A stretch of 64,000 nt of DNA from Podarcis muralis (GCF_964188315.1 NC_135664.1:31806001-31870000), one strand, 5' to 3'. Counted from the first letter of the stretch, positions 50,651-64,000 are shown. A program made the numbers and translations. Notes: generated from the sequence alone by a model not told the origin.

Positions 50651-50751
50651 TGTTGTTGTTTAGTCGTTAGTCATGTCCGACTCTTCGTGACCCCATGGAC
50701 CAGAGCACGCCAGGCACTCCTGTCTTCCACGGCCTCCCGCAGTTTGGTCAG
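50651..50751 (-). mobile_element. BovB (RTE) LINE 3' end fragment
   Basis: tgttgttgtttagtcgttagtcatgtccgactcttcgtgaccccatggac is the reverse complement of the BovB 3' end with its (CAA)n tail. Confidence 0.85.
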
Positions 50752-51813
50752 ATATATATTAGAGTGCTAATAAAATGAGTGTGTAACAGTATATAAAATA
50801 TGCTTTTAACATCTATTTCCCAACCCCTCATGTTATTTTGGCTGCTTCAGCGGATGGTATGCCTAGAAACAGTATCTTCTAGAATCTCTTTGGGATCTGT
50901 GGGAGCGACCCAACACTTTCCTCCTTATTGCAGTGGTTTATTTAGGCAACGATGGCTGCCAGTATAATGTTAACAGCAGCAGGTTGCATTTATCCACAGG
51001 TTGAGAACATAAATCCTTGATGCAGCCAATGTTCTACAGCACTGCAGTGCAGCAGATTAGCATTTGGGAGGATTCCAGAGCCAACCGAAGACAAACTGGG
51101 TGCTTTTCTATAGAATGCCAGACACAGATATATAGAGGGTTATAGTGCATCATTTAATCCCTTAAAGGGTTTGTAGGCATCTACCTGAAATACTGGAAAA
51201 AATATTAACAGCAAAAAAATATGTTTTTATATTTTTGTAGACAGAGGGCAGCATGCTCAAACCAACAGAGTCAGCACACATCCCTGTGCCGATTTAATTA
51301 AAACCTCATTCTCACTGTGTAGAAGAAATTCGTCTTTGTAGGATAGTAGCATTAATCCTGTTGATGCTCAGTCATTCAAAAAGAAGTAGACTGCCTCTAA
51401 GTGCTCAGATTTCTAACTGCTTCAATTTACTATTTGTTCCCGGGAAAATGAGAGTTAGTAGAAGATTGCGCCAGAATATTACTGCCGCTTTCCAAAAGAA
51501 ACACAGTGACAATTAAAGCTATAGTTTGAGAGAAACTGATGCTCGTTCCCGGCTTCATAAACTATTGTTTACAAAGCCTGGAACAGTTCATCCATACAGA
51601 GCCAGCATGCGCTATACATGACAATGAGTTGTCCTACAAATACACCAATGTCAGCAAATTCAATGAACTAAAGAGAGTGTTCTTATGAGTTTGCGGGTGC
51701 CAGACCCCTCTGACCCCAAGATCCAGCAAGTGTTAAAAGCTAATCAAGCCAGGCTAGCTTCCTGAACCCCTGAATCCAGCAAGTTAAAATATAAGCCAGG
51801 CCAGCTTCCTCTT

Positions 51814-52162
51814 GGGGACGCGGGTGGCGCTGTGGGTTAAACCACAGAGCCTAGAATCATAAGGTTGGCGGTTCGAATCCCCGTGATGGGGTGAGCTCCC
51901 ATTGCTCGGTCCCTGCTCCTGCCAACCTAGCAGTTCGAAAGCATGTCAAAATGCAAGTAGATAAATAGGTATCGCTCCACCGGGAAGGTAAACGGCATTT
52001 CCGTGTGCTGCTCTGGTTCGCCAGAAGCAGTTTAGCCATGCTGGCCACATGACCCGGAAGCTGTACACCGGCTCCCTCCGCCAATAAAGCGAGATGAGTG
52101 CCACAACCCCAGAGTCGGTCACGACTGGACCTAATGGCCAGGGGTCCCTTTACCTTTACCTT
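51814..52162 (+). mobile_element. Sauria SINE, full length
   Basis: TSD AGCTTCCTCTT at 51803-51813 and 52163-52173. Inserted in a GC-richer, possibly LTR-derived block (~51692-52324). Confidence 0.93.
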
Positions 52163-55100
52163 AGCTTCCTCTTGGGGTGATCACCTGGGTGATGAACCAT
52201 TAAGAGAATATTAAGGCCCCCCAGTTTCAGCTGTGCCTCGTTCCAAAAGGTAACATGAACCCTAGGTAATTGCCTTGAAACCCTGGAATCTTGCAGCGCT
52301 TAGAGATTGGGGTGCCCTGCAACAGTATGAAGAATGTAATCTTAAATAGTCCTATTATTAGAATAGATTCTATTAGCTTGTCTCTTTGAAGTCAGCATTT
52401 AATTTTAATGATGTTAGACAGTTATAACCAAGCACTTTAATTTCAATTGATAGTGAATATTAATCTTATATGCCTTGCTGATTAATGTAATTCAATTTCA
52501 GCCATTCTTTAGGAATGTTGAATTCAACATTTGGGAAAGCTGAATTGGTATGCTTTTAGTTCCTGTTAGCACATAAAGAATAAGTGATTAGCTCTGCACT
52601 CAGGTAAAATGAGCTAGAGCAACCCCCCCCCCAAAAAAAAACCCCCATCTTCAGTGGATTGTGGTCCATTCCACTAGGACTCTTTCTCCAAGTCCCTGCC
52701 CCAGAATGAAGCCAAAGTAAGAGTTCCCTGAATGTTGAATGATGTTAAATCTGTGAACCTGAAATGCATATACACATGGGGATGGGTAGTCCCATCTTAA
52801 CTTGGCTACTGAGCAAATGTACTTACAAAATGAATGCCTGTAACACGTATTTGTGCAGTATACAATAAAAGATCCTGTTTTCTGTAGGTCCTGTGATGAG
52901 CGCATGGAGATGGGGCTGACAGATGTGACCCCCCACCTCCGTCCCACCTGTAGTGTAGACATGTTTAACATATGTATGGGGGCATAGGTGAAACTCTGTT
53001 TATTGCTACACTTGTTTCTCCCAATTCTTTCCCTCTTCCCTGTATGTATTAAAAGCTTTTGCAGCAAAAACATGTTAGTCATGGCATGTGCTTAAAAAAA
53101 CAACAACCCCAAGGCAACATGCAGAAACCAATGGGAAAAAATAAAGGCACTTACTTCAATGGGGTGTGTGTGTGTGTGAAGTAAGTACAACTTGACTTTC
53201 TCTGTGCTCCTGCACATGCCAACTCTGTGTTGTGAATTCCTTTAGTACACATGTCCTCGTGACTGCTTTGTGCAAATCAGCTTTAGTGAGGGGCTAAACT
53301 AGCTTAAACACATTTACTTTGCAGGAAATATTGAGCCATTGCCTAGTATCAGACTCACACGCCCAGGAAGAAACAAATATTTTTAGTATGGAATCAGATC
53401 AGATCAACTGGTCAGTGTTACTCTTAAGATCTGCTGCCACAGACAGGGTTCTCATAAATGACTTTTCTCAGCCCTGACACATGGAAATACTGTAAATGTC
53501 AGCCACCTAAATGTTCCACAAATGAACTACAGTGGAATGACAGTCATAGCTATAGCTCTTTAAACACATGGCAGGAATAACAGTAGTATTCTCCATGACT
53601 AAACAAACACACACATACACACAAATAATGCTTTTCAAGGTTTCAAAGTACAATTTCACTCTGGCTCAAGTCACAGGATATCTATATTAAATATATATAT
53701 ATTTCATTTTTTATGATAGTACATGCATTTAAACTTATTTTAAGAAATAACGAGACATCATTTTTTGTCTTTTTTTTTTAACGACAAGCTTATTTGGTCT
53801 TTCACAAATTGCTTAAGCAGATGAGCGTAGATGTTCAGCACTGGAATTAGCTAAGCAATTCAGCTCCTCTGTGGCTTTAAACTGGGATGAAATTGTCAAA
53901 TGCACTCTGCTGGCTCACAGCTCACTTTATTCTAAATATGCTTGTGCTGTTTTCAAGTGTACAAGGAAGGCTTCTGTTCCTGCCTTTGCAACAGAATTGT
54001 AGTTTAGTGGAATGCAAACTGACTGACATAACATACTGAGAAATAAGTGCAGAGTGGTCACTGCTCATTTATTTACTATAACTGTTTATATAAACTGTAT
54101 TTTAGGGTAAGACTTTCCAAGGTGGCATCCAACAGTATAGGGTAAAGGTACCTTTACAAATTAATTACACAAATGGATAGAGAGAGACAATCGTTTCTGT
54201 CCCTCAAAAGCGCAGAAGCACATAGCATTATTCAATAAGCAGAGATTGCAGTTACATAAATAACAGAGGGTGACTGGCGTAAAGGTAGAATTTGTGTTCA
54301 CCTCTCTCAAAGTAGCATGCACTTTCCCCTAGGCACTATGATAGTCAGTGGGCTCTGTCATAATTCATGGAACACCAGCAGGAGCGGCAGTGTTGTGGAA
54401 CAGAAAAAAGATTTATCAGAAACATTGTGCTCAAACCTAGGACAGCTGGGAAGTCTTGATTCATTATGCAGAGAATGGAAGTCAGGGAATCTAAAATGGT
54501 TCTTGCTCATTCCATTGTACTATATGTCACAACAGAAGCTGTTTTCTCTATGCCAGAAAAATCTACACAGCTTGAAGTGGCTTAGAACAAGGTTTATTTT
54601 AATTAAGAAATATACATGAGAGATGTATATGTAATGACTTAACAGGCATTATCAGATATTAAGAACTTCAGATTTCAAGCTCCAAACAAAACAGAAAACA
54701 GAAAGGGCAAAACTGTGTGCATGTATACACACATTAAAGATGTTTCTCTCAGTCAAATCTAAGCAGCTGGCCAAGATAAATAGAATCTATTTTATTTAAA
54801 GGTAGTGAATGCATTTTCATACTTTAATAATTCAGGACTAAGTACACACGGCTATTCACTTTCTTTTTCCAGTGATACAGAAATTTGGGGATAAAACTGC
54901 ATAGTTCATTTAGGTTTAAAGTTTAATAACAAGAGATGAACATGCATAACCTAACAAGGAAATTAAATATCAAAAATTTAAATAAATTCTGACTGGCGTT
55001 ATAATGCTCCACTGTCCTTAAACCACTCAGCTATACCCAGATAAGAATATCCATTAAAAATGACTGGGACACAAATTGGCAAATGAATGAATTTTCTATA

Positions 55101-55491
55101 TTCTGAGCCATCCATTTCCCAGTGGAAGTTGTTAAAAGTTTCAGAACTTCTCAACCTGACACTTCATGAAATGGGAACTAGCAGCTAAATTGATGTGTGT
55201 AAAACGCTTCAGGTTTGTCTTACAGTACCTGAATTTCTTTTATCAAAAAGTTTATTGCATTAAGCAAACCTGAACAACTTATAAGCACCTTGTTGGAAGT
55301 GTTGAGATGCAACTTATCTTGCACTGGAGGCTGATGAGTCTCCATGGGAAAGAATAGATACAGAGGAGAAACTAAAAGTTTCCTTAGATGTCCCTTCTGA
55401 CCTATCCTGTGCTGACCTCCCCCTTGAGTGCGAGACTGGGGACTCAGCTACATTAGTAAAGAAAAACCGTTTTATATGCATTATAACACTG

Positions 55492-55510
55492 TGACACCAG
55501 ATGGCGCTGT
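55492..55510 (+). promoter_or_regulatory. CTCF-binding motif candidate
   Basis: TGACACCAGATGGCGCTGT closely matches the CTCF core CCASYAGRKGGCRS. It lies in sequence I could not assign to a repeat. Confidence 0.55.
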
Positions 55511-57119
55511 GGAGTCCTGTCTTTCACCAACGTGATTTCCGATAATAAAGTTTACAACACGTTTTCCTGAAATGCCTTTTTGATGTGTCTAGATCCAGCC
55601 TTCTACACTTAGTGCTGCTGATCTCGTTTTCTACTTCCTTCTTCATGTTTACCTTGGGATACGAGACATCTTTTGTGTCTCTCCTGCTGAAATACAAGAG
55701 CAAGCATGGCTCAAGGTATCTCGACTTTAGTTAGAAAGAACTGGGATCCTTCCTATCAAGCATGTATTTCCTATAAGAAATGTAGCTTTCCTGTTTTCTA
55801 GTGTGATTATATCCAGTGCAGTGTGCTCCTCCAACAGAGATTCAGTATAAAGTTCAAATTCTGCTGAGAATTTAAAACTCCAAATGTCAACACACCTTAA
55901 GGTTCAAAGTGTATCAACAAAGTCCCACTTTCTGGAATTCAAAACAATATTTGCAGTGGATTTCTAAATTCAGAATGAAATAAGCACTGTTTAGAAATGT
56001 ATTTGAAATTCCAACCCAGAACCTAATGACTACATCCTATTATTTATTATTTGAACATTTTGATTCACGCACACACACAAATAAAAATTTACACACAAGA
56101 ACAAACATATGTGTTACGTTGTGGGTGAACATATCAGACGACAGTGATTCTTCAAACAGCTCTTGTTTATTCACAGGCCAGAACAGAACTGAACTGAAGG
56201 GTTCAGCCAGCCTGCTTATATAGAGCTCCACTACAACGCAACAGTAACCACTTTCTGTAGCTATCACTTTCAATCCCTTATTTGCATATATGGACCTGAG
56301 TGAAAACTATCAACAGTATCCCCCTGCTGGCCCAAGGTGAGAACTTCAGTACATAACAATATGTTTCCCCACAAAGTTTTTAACAGCCTTTCACCATATG
56401 ACTTCAGCAAACAATTTGATTATAAAGAAACAACATACCTCTACCTCTAGACATGATAAACAATCTGCTTTGTGTTTGTTAGGGACAGATGAACAAGGGA
56501 CATTGTGAGCCTGCACTCATCCTACCCAGAAGAATACTAGATCAAGGGGAAGACCAGCTGGGCTCCAGCAACTAGCCACAGGACAAGTAGCTGCAAGGGG
56601 TTTGTTTTACTCCTTCCTGGGGGGGGGGGGGGGAATAACATTGTGCTGTGCTAGGTGTGCTGAGACAGCAGGAGTACAGGAACATTCTGGCTTCCACCAC
56701 CAGCTAGATGAACAAAGGCCAATGAGTAAGTTGCACCCTTCTATCCAAGTAAGAACATCAGCAGCAGAAGATCAGCTTGGCTCCAACTGAATAGAAATTC
56801 CTGATGACAACACATCACTTTCTTTTACTTTTGTCCGATTGATCTCTCACCTCTACCTTTCCTTTTTCTACTTACACATATTGTCTTTTTCATTTGTAAC
56901 CTGAGGACAGGTCATACATTCCATGTTTTGATTGAATTGAGCCTTTTGGGGAGAAGATACCTGTTTGAAAACATTTGTATAGGAAACAGAATATGTTTCT
57001 CATTTCAATGTAGAACTTTAAAGCTCAGCTGCTTATCAGCTCTAAACTGGAATGACTATGGGCTGTTCTCAAAAGCCTGCATAATTTCTTCCGTGGAACT
57101 AAGGGGCAGTTTTTACAGT

Positions 57120-57554
57120 CAGCAGAACATCTACTGTATTCTAGCCACGGACAGGAAGTCTCTACAGAGGGTGGTGAATGCAGCACGTGATATCATGGGC
57201 TGTCCCTTGAGTCCGCTAGATGACATCACAAGGGATCGTTGCCTCAGGAGAGCGAGAAAAATTCTCAGGGATGACTCACACCCTGGCCATCATCTCTTTA
57301 ATCTTCTACCCTCGGGCAGGAGATATAGAAGTATAATCAGCCATACCAACAGGCTAAAAAATAGCTTCTATTCATGGGCTGTTAGGCTCTTGAACGGAAA
57401 ATAACAGTGCAATTGACTTGTGAGGTGGTGCGTTGTTTGATAAGCACACAGAGTTGAATGAGATTGAGTGTTTGGGTGGGTGGGAGGCTCGTTTAATTTC
57501 ATTGTACACAGGTTGTACAATGACAATAAAGGTATTATTATTATTATTATTATT
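57120..57554 (+). mobile_element. Rex1/Babar-type LINE 3' fragment
   Basis: ATDRKSLQRVVNAA...HPGHHLFNLLPSGRRYRSI..HTNRLKNSFYSWAVRLLN is characteristic of the Rex-Babar RT C-terminus. AATAAA then (TAT)n tail. Confidence 0.85.
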
Positions 57555-58280
57555 GTGCTTGTGAAAACCCTGATTGGCTGAGCTCCTGTGGTGGCATGAC
57601 ATGATTACTTCCTCAGGAAACTGAACAGTGTGATAGTGGAAGACTGTTTGGCTGGCATTAATTCACTGCTCACGAAAAGTATGCTACTTAAAAACAGATG
57701 TGGGCGGTCCAGGCAATGGCATGGTTATAATGAAGTTGTGAATGAGTGCACACCACGATCCTTCTTCATTCACCTGGGGCATGTGCAGGGACAAAAAAGG
57801 TGTGAATAACCCAATCAAAGGAAAGGTTTTTAAACACTTGTAAAGAAACCACACCCACTCTTGTGGATGGCAGTATCAAGAACCGATCTAGACTGAATGT
57901 AGCACATAAGAACAAGGTCAAAGAATCCCAGATTCAGAAAAATGACATTTCTGCGCTACAAATGGGTTAGTGCATAGACAGCCTCAGACAAAAGAATCTG
58001 GAGGAAGCACGGGTGGAGAGTGAGGCTTGAGGAAAAGGGAAAAGGTGCTAGAAGGGGCTAATCAGAGAAGGGACTCAGAAAAAACTTCACAGCCCTTTTA
58101 AGGTCAGCAGGGACGTATGCTCTCTGCAGAGAGATGGAGAGTGCCAGGTGTACTTGGGATGTTGGGCAAAGTGGCAAAAACAAATGGTTGTTTGCACAAT
58201 ACTGTTTGCTAAGTAGCATCTAGGATTTTAAGCAATGCACTATTTGTCCCCCCCTTCTCCCCCCCTGTTTTTTGACATCA

Positions 58281-58650
58281 GATGCGGGTGGCGCTGTGGG
58301 TAAAAGCCTCAGCGCCTAGGGCTTGCCGATCGAAAGGTCGGCGGTTCGAATCCCCGCGGCGGGGTGCGCTCCCGCTGCCGCTGCTCGGTCCCAGCGCCTG
58401 CCAACCTAGCAGTTCGAAAGCACTCCCGGGTGCAAGTAGATAAATAGGGACCGCTTACCAGCGGGAAGGTAAACGGCGTTTCCGTGTGCTGCGCTGGCTC
58501 GTCAGATGCAGCTTTGTCACGCTGGCCACGTGACCTGCAAGTGTCTTCGGACAGCACTGGCCCCCGGCCTCTTGAGTGAGATGGGCGCACAACCCCAGAG
58601 TCTGTCAAGACTGGCCCGTACGGGCAGGGGTACCTTTACCTTTACCTTTA
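58281..58650 (+). mobile_element. Sauria SINE, full length, young subfamily
   Basis: Shares diagnostic stretches with 46229-46592. (ACCTTT)3 tail. Confidence 0.93.
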
Positions 58651-58843
58651 TTACTAGTACTGTTATTCTAATAGGTATCGTGATTGCTAATGCATTAATG
58701 TTTACTTATTTTGGTTTGGCTTATTTACGGCATAAAAGACTTCAAATGTCTGTTGTGATGGGCAGTGGGATATATGGTTGGCGGAGGGAGGTGGAGAAGG
58801 ACGAGACGGTTTACTGAGGGGAAAATGTTGGCAGTTGTGTATA

Positions 58844-59084
58844 CAGTGGTACCTCAGGTTAAGTACTTAATTCGTTCCGGAGGTCCGTACTTAACTGAAA
58901 CTGTTCTTAACCTGAAGCACCACTTTAGCTAATGGGGCCTCCTGCTGCTGCTGCGCTGCCAGAGCACGATTTCTGTTCTCATCCTGAAGCAAAGTTCTTA
59001 ACCTGAAGCATTATTTCTGGGTTAGCGGAGTCTGTAACTTGAAGCATATGTAACATGAAGCATAGGTAACCCGAGGTACCACTG
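58844..59084. mobile_element. CAGTGGTACCTC-family MITE
   Basis: TA|cagtggtacctc...gaggtaccactg|TA. Confidence 0.92.
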
Positions 59085-59922
59085 TACTAAAAGATTTCTA
59101 ACAAACTTAACAATAATTTTAAAAAATCACTGGTAGCTACTGCTATATAGTAGGGTCTGCACTTATTAACAGGGGGACTCAGCCAAGTATGGCAGCACTG
59201 TGATCTGGCTCCAAAAGCATCAACTGTTTTCTCTAAAACTGGATGGAGGCTTTCCTGAAAACAGAAGGTTCAAGTCTCATATTGAAATTCCACTGAAAAC
59301 TGCAGTCCTGTTCACTAAGTTCCAGAACCCTGCAGCTCATGTTTCTGACCAATTAAACACAGCATGAAACTCTTATTTAGCTTCTGGATGACTTGAATCT
59401 GCATGGCTGGGGCTTTGCACTATGGAGAATGCATTGCAGTCCCAACTTTTTTTTTTGTCACCTCTTTTACATCAAGCCCACATCAGAAATTAAAAGGTAA
59501 AAATGCCACAGCAAAGCTTTAGAGACAGCATGTATTGATTTAAATCAAGGCAAACTAATTTAAAACCATTTAAGATTTAGCTTTAAATTGAGTGGTCACT
59601 GAGGAAGAGAATTATAAACTAGAAGGAGCCAAATTTCTTTTTTTGTACGTGAAAAAGCAGTCTACCTCAGTCTTTTTGATAGAAGGCCTAGGATTATAGG
59701 TAGTTATATTGTTATGTCATGTGTCAGGCAAAACATCAAGTCACATCAGGTAAAAGGCACTGTGCCTAAATGAAAATGGGATACTTCTGAAGTCACTTAA
59801 CTCCTAAACTAAATAGGAATAAGAAACATAACTGTTTAAAATGCAATCTGTCAGCTGCAGATTTGTTCACAGATATTATGGACGAAACTAAAAAAGAAAT
59901 TAACAGAATGATTAACTATGAT

Positions 59923-60679
59923 TGTCAGAGCTGCTCCCCGATCCCAGCTCACAGAGGATCACGCTAGCCAGCGTTCGCTTTATAAAAGTCTTTATTGAGT
60001 TACAGTTTCCATTTCCAAGCTGCTGCGTGCAACTCTACGTCTTATGGCTAGACCGGCGAAGCTCCGTCTGAATCTCCGCCCCTCGTACACCAACTTAATA
60101 TCCTCGCCTTACTCCACCTTTTCCGCCTGACCGTCCTTCTCTGGGTCCCTCTGCCCCCCGTGGTCTCCTCCCTCCGGGACTCCTCTGACGCTGACCCCCC
60201 GGACCCTCCTGTCTCCTTGCGTCGGGCTTTAGGACCTGGCTCCCTTTCCGGGCTGCTTACTGCGCCGCCTTCCCGTGCATTTGAACTTGGCGCGCGCGCC
60301 CAGCCTTCCACTTTCCGCTTGACCGTTTCTTCACTCCCCGATGGGGGTGTGGTCACTCCTGACTCATGCCCTCCTCCCTGCTGCGAGCTGCCAGGGCTCG
60401 ATCCCTGACGTCCTTCCTCTCCACTGCGCTCTGGTGGGGACGCTGGCCCCGATTTCCAACTGCTGCCCTCTGAACCCCCGCTGGTCCCTTCCTCCTGGGG
60501 TGTCCCCCTAGGCCCCCCCTTTGCTCTGGCCACTGGCGCTCCTTTCTGTGAATCTTCCGATTCACTGGAAAGACTCGGAGATCTCGGGTCGTCGTCATCA
60601 CTCATCACTTTCTTCGGACTCCTCCCCCTCGCTCTCTGTTTCCTCCCTTGCCCTCGCCTCTGCTCCTGAACCCCTGACA
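59923..60679 (-). mobile_element. Intact solo LTR, 757 bp
   Basis: Perfect TGTCAG...CTGACA termini. 5-bp TSD ATGAT at 59918-59922 and 60680-60684. AATAAA at 59996-59991 (minus). CpG-rich, so probably young. Confidence 0.9.
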
Positions 60680-61354
60680 ATGATATATTTCTAAATCCCA
60701 AAGCTGTATTTGCTTCTTGGTTATTTAAACCAACCTGTATAAAAATTACATTGGTCCCTAATCTCAAATTCTTTAAACACTGCAAAAATTAACAACACAC
60801 GTGAGAAATCCAAAACTACTTATAAAAGGCATCAAAGATAGGAGGAGGAACAATAACATTTTGACTATGTCAGACAACAAAGTTGTTGAGCATTTACATC
60901 CAGTTCAGACTATGCTGATCTTCCTCCACTGGTTTTGATTTTTTGGGGGAGGGGGGTCTAAACCTGATGCAGCCTTCCTGTTATCCACAGTCCCCTGGCT
61001 GGAGACAATACCCAGAATAACCTCTTCCACTATCAGATGCTGTTTACCAGTTGCTTGGAATCACAGGTGAGGAGAGTGTTTTTGCATTTGGGTCCTGCTT
61101 TCGGCGGCTTCCTATAGGTTGGCCACTGGAAAAACAAGATATGAGACTAGATGGGTCTTTGGCCCAAAGGAGTATTTTAGCTTCCCTACCACAGTAAAGA
61201 TTCCCGATCCAGCAGGGCTCTAATGCTTTTAATATCTTCCTCCGTCAGTTTACAGCCAGTAAAGGAAACACAAACTTCCTGCAGTTTCCTGTTCTGTGGT
61301 ACAATTACTTGGTGCCTGTTTGATCTTCCCCTTGCCATGGTGTGCTTCCTGGTA

Positions 61355-61959
61355 AGGTAAAGGTAAAGGACCCCTGGACAGCTAAGTCCAGTCAAAGGCA
61401 ACTACACTGGTACCTCTAGTTACGAACTTAATTCGTTCCAGAGGTCCATTCTTAACCTGAAACTGTTCTTAACTAGAGGCGTGCTTTCGCTGATGGGGCC
61501 TCCCACTGCTGCTGCGCCGCTGGCACACGATTTCCGTTCTCATCCTGGGGCAGAGTTCTCAACTCGAGGTAACTCTTCCAGGTTAGTGGAGTTTGTAACT
61601 TGAAGCGTTTGTAACTCAAGGTACCACTGTATGGGGTTGCGGCACTCATCTCGCTTTCAGACCGAGGGAGCCAGCATTTGTCCACAGACAGCTTTCTGGG
61701 TTTTGTGGCCAGGATGACTAAACCGCTTCTGGTGCAACGGAACACCGTGATGGAAACCAGAGCGCATGGAAATACTGTTTACCTTCCCGCCTCAGCCGTA
61801 CCTATTTATCTACTTGCACTGGCATGCTTTCGAACTGCTAAGTTGGCAGGAGCTGGGACACAGCAACAGGAGCTCACCCAGGCGCAGGGATTCAAACTGC
61901 CGACCTTATGATTGGCAAGGCCAAGAGGCTCAGTGGTTTAGACCACAGCACCACCCGTG
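61355..61959 (-). mobile_element. Sauria SINE split by a MITE insertion
   Basis: TSD TCCTGGTA at 61347-61354 and 61960-61967. SINE halves rejoin across 61405-61629. Confidence 0.88.
61405..61629. mobile_element. CAGTGGTACCTC-family MITE nested in a SINE
   Basis: TA|cactggtacctc...aaggtaccactg|TA. Confidence 0.88.
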
Positions 61960-62438
61960 TCCTGGTAGAAGGGAAGGGAATACAACACCCCAGTGTCCCT
62001 TGTTGTCGCTGGTGACAGTGCTGAGTGTCCTTCACATCTAAGACTTAAAGAGATAATTCTAGGTTGCAACATACATGTATCACATTTAAATTTCATGTTA
62101 AACCTCATTATTTTTTAAAGAGATGCGCTATAACTGAAGTGGTTTTTAAAAAGACGCGGTTTATTAATTTTTTAGAGATCCAGCTTTTAAAAACATTTTT
62201 GAAGTAATTGCTTTATGCACTCTGTTTAGATGCACACTCCCTTAAGAGCAAAATGCCTGCCATTTTCCATTGTGTCCTTGGTCGCAAGTAACTTAGATGA
62301 AAAGGTCATGAGTCCCCATTTGCAAACAGTTGTCTGGTTCTTCTTCCCATATTTTTTCCTTGCTTTCATCTAGACTCTAAAATGAACTGACATCTATGGA
62401 CTACCAGAAAAGTAGCACTAAACAAGTTTCCCCTACAG

Positions 62439-62442
<4 letters not shown>

Positions 62443-62468
<26 letters not shown>
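62443..62468. repeat. (AC)n microsatellite
   Basis: Read directly. Confidence 0.95.
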
Positions 62469-62469
<1 letters not shown>

Positions 62470-64000
62470 TCCTGTGGGACCTGGCTGACATCATTATTTG
62501 GCACAACGCACAAAAAATGCAGGAGCTGTATCTACTGCCTCAGGTTCCCGCTTTTGCCTTAATAGTGGGATTGGTCCTGGAGAAGCTCTCAGCTACTCCT
62601 TCCTCCTTTCCACTATTTTTCCTAAGCAGCCAAGAGTTTTCAATGCCAGAAATTTGTGTGTGTGGTGGTGCAGTTAGATTCAAGATTAGGTTCAGATTAG
62701 ATGAGAACTGAAAACGGAATGTAACCCATGTTAGGTTTTTCCACAGACTTCAAAAGGCTCTGCCCACACATCCTAGTTTTGATGCACATATTACTGAAAG
62801 CACATGTTCATTGCACAAAAACATATTTAAGCACCTGAAAAGGATTTGCAATATTACAAGGGCGACACACGGGTTAAAAGAGGGTTCCTCCCTACCCCTC
62901 CCTGTTGGTCACAGGTGTTAAAAGGCAAACAACAACAACTAGTGCGCCAGGGGGGGAAAGGAAGGTCTCTCTTCAGAGATTTTAGGAGAAGGGGAAGGAG
63001 TGGGTCGTCTGATACTGTAGCTGGCATTGCTTTATTCTATTTTACTAACGCTGTTTGGACATATGCTTATGAAAAGAATCCTTCCTGTTGAACAGATCCT
63101 ATTGCCTGTTGCTGCAATTCATCAGTATTCTGTCATTCTGTCTGCCACTTTATAATGATCTACAGTTATTTCTAACACAGCGTAGGTAATGTTTGGAATG
63201 CAACCAGAAACTGTGCGGGCAGAATTAAAACTGCAGGAAGAGTATTTTTTCCTAAAGACCCACTGATTCCTGATGAAAAATGGAAGCAAAAATGTATTTA
63301 GACAGATAATATTTCCCTGTTTTGGTGTTTATGTGACCTGTTGTAGTATAGCACCGGATATATTTATAGCTTTGCACACTGCTCACCTTGTGCAATCATT
63401 CCTATCACTGTTTATTATTGATAACACAATACTATCCAGAGGGCCTTCACCCCACCAGTAAAAATCTGGCTTAACTGTCATGGCTTGACTGCAAGAAATC
63501 CTGGAAATGCCTAATTGTGAAAGAGGCTTGGACATCAGAATTTTCACTGCTCGTGATACAAATTCATGGCAGCTAAACTGGTTCAAAGTTGACAGCATGT
63601 AACTGTGGGTATATGCTGCAACATGAAGCTTCATACTTTCTAAAAACCTCCTGTTATTTCCTGTACACAACTACATGTGTATGAATATTGTTAGTGTAAC
63701 ATAAAAAGTGTAAGAGATTTAAAAATGTATTTAAAGAAATTCTGAGTGATCTTGCATGTCACACGTCTGGTTGTTTTGCTCACATGTAAAATGCCATTTA
63801 GAAAAACTGTCGTTTGGAAATAGCTTTAAAAGGATATAGAGCATGTTAACTATATATGAGAATGAAAAATGAGTCTGCAGGTTGTCGTTTTCATGGTGTT
63901 ACCTTACATAGCTGCTGATGTGGGAGATACATAAACGGATTTATGCATAATTTGTGAAAAACTAAACTAAACCAAGTTGCTGGTGCCTACACACCTGGAA

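Noticed and set aside
56928-57404. 158-aa host gene
   Set aside because: TTG start. Only the 3' part is recognisable, and it is a Rex-Babar RT fragment.
24000-64000. GRIP1b alternative first exon (MPGWKKNIPIC...)
   Set aside because: Not found by eye. Probably further upstream.

Overview
Eukaryotic genomic DNA from a squamate reptile. The Sauria SINE type with (ACCTTT)n tails suggests a lacertid lizard, which is an inference. The one host exon I recognise is the first coding exon of GRIP1 (MIAVSFKCRCQILRRLTK, minus strand, 23203-23149). By inference, 1-23 kb is the following GRIP1 intron and 24-64 kb is upstream of that exon. The window is rich in transposable elements: a full-length, TSD-flanked L1 with a single +1 indel in ORF2 (1672-7817), eight Sauria SINEs, L2/CR1/Rex-Babar/BovB fragments, a Penelope-like fragment with a hammerhead core, Tc1/mariner-type and hAT MITEs, and several solo LTRs. 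There is a 134-N assembly gap. The two most interesting unexplained signals are (i) solo LTRs from several subfamilies whose U3 carries an acidic-then-basic reading frame starting at base 2 of the LTR, and (ii) a chain of small, phase-compatible plus-strand exon candidates (192-15102) that may be an unannotated gene nested antisense in the GRIP1 intron. Both were read by eye and need computational or expression confirmation.
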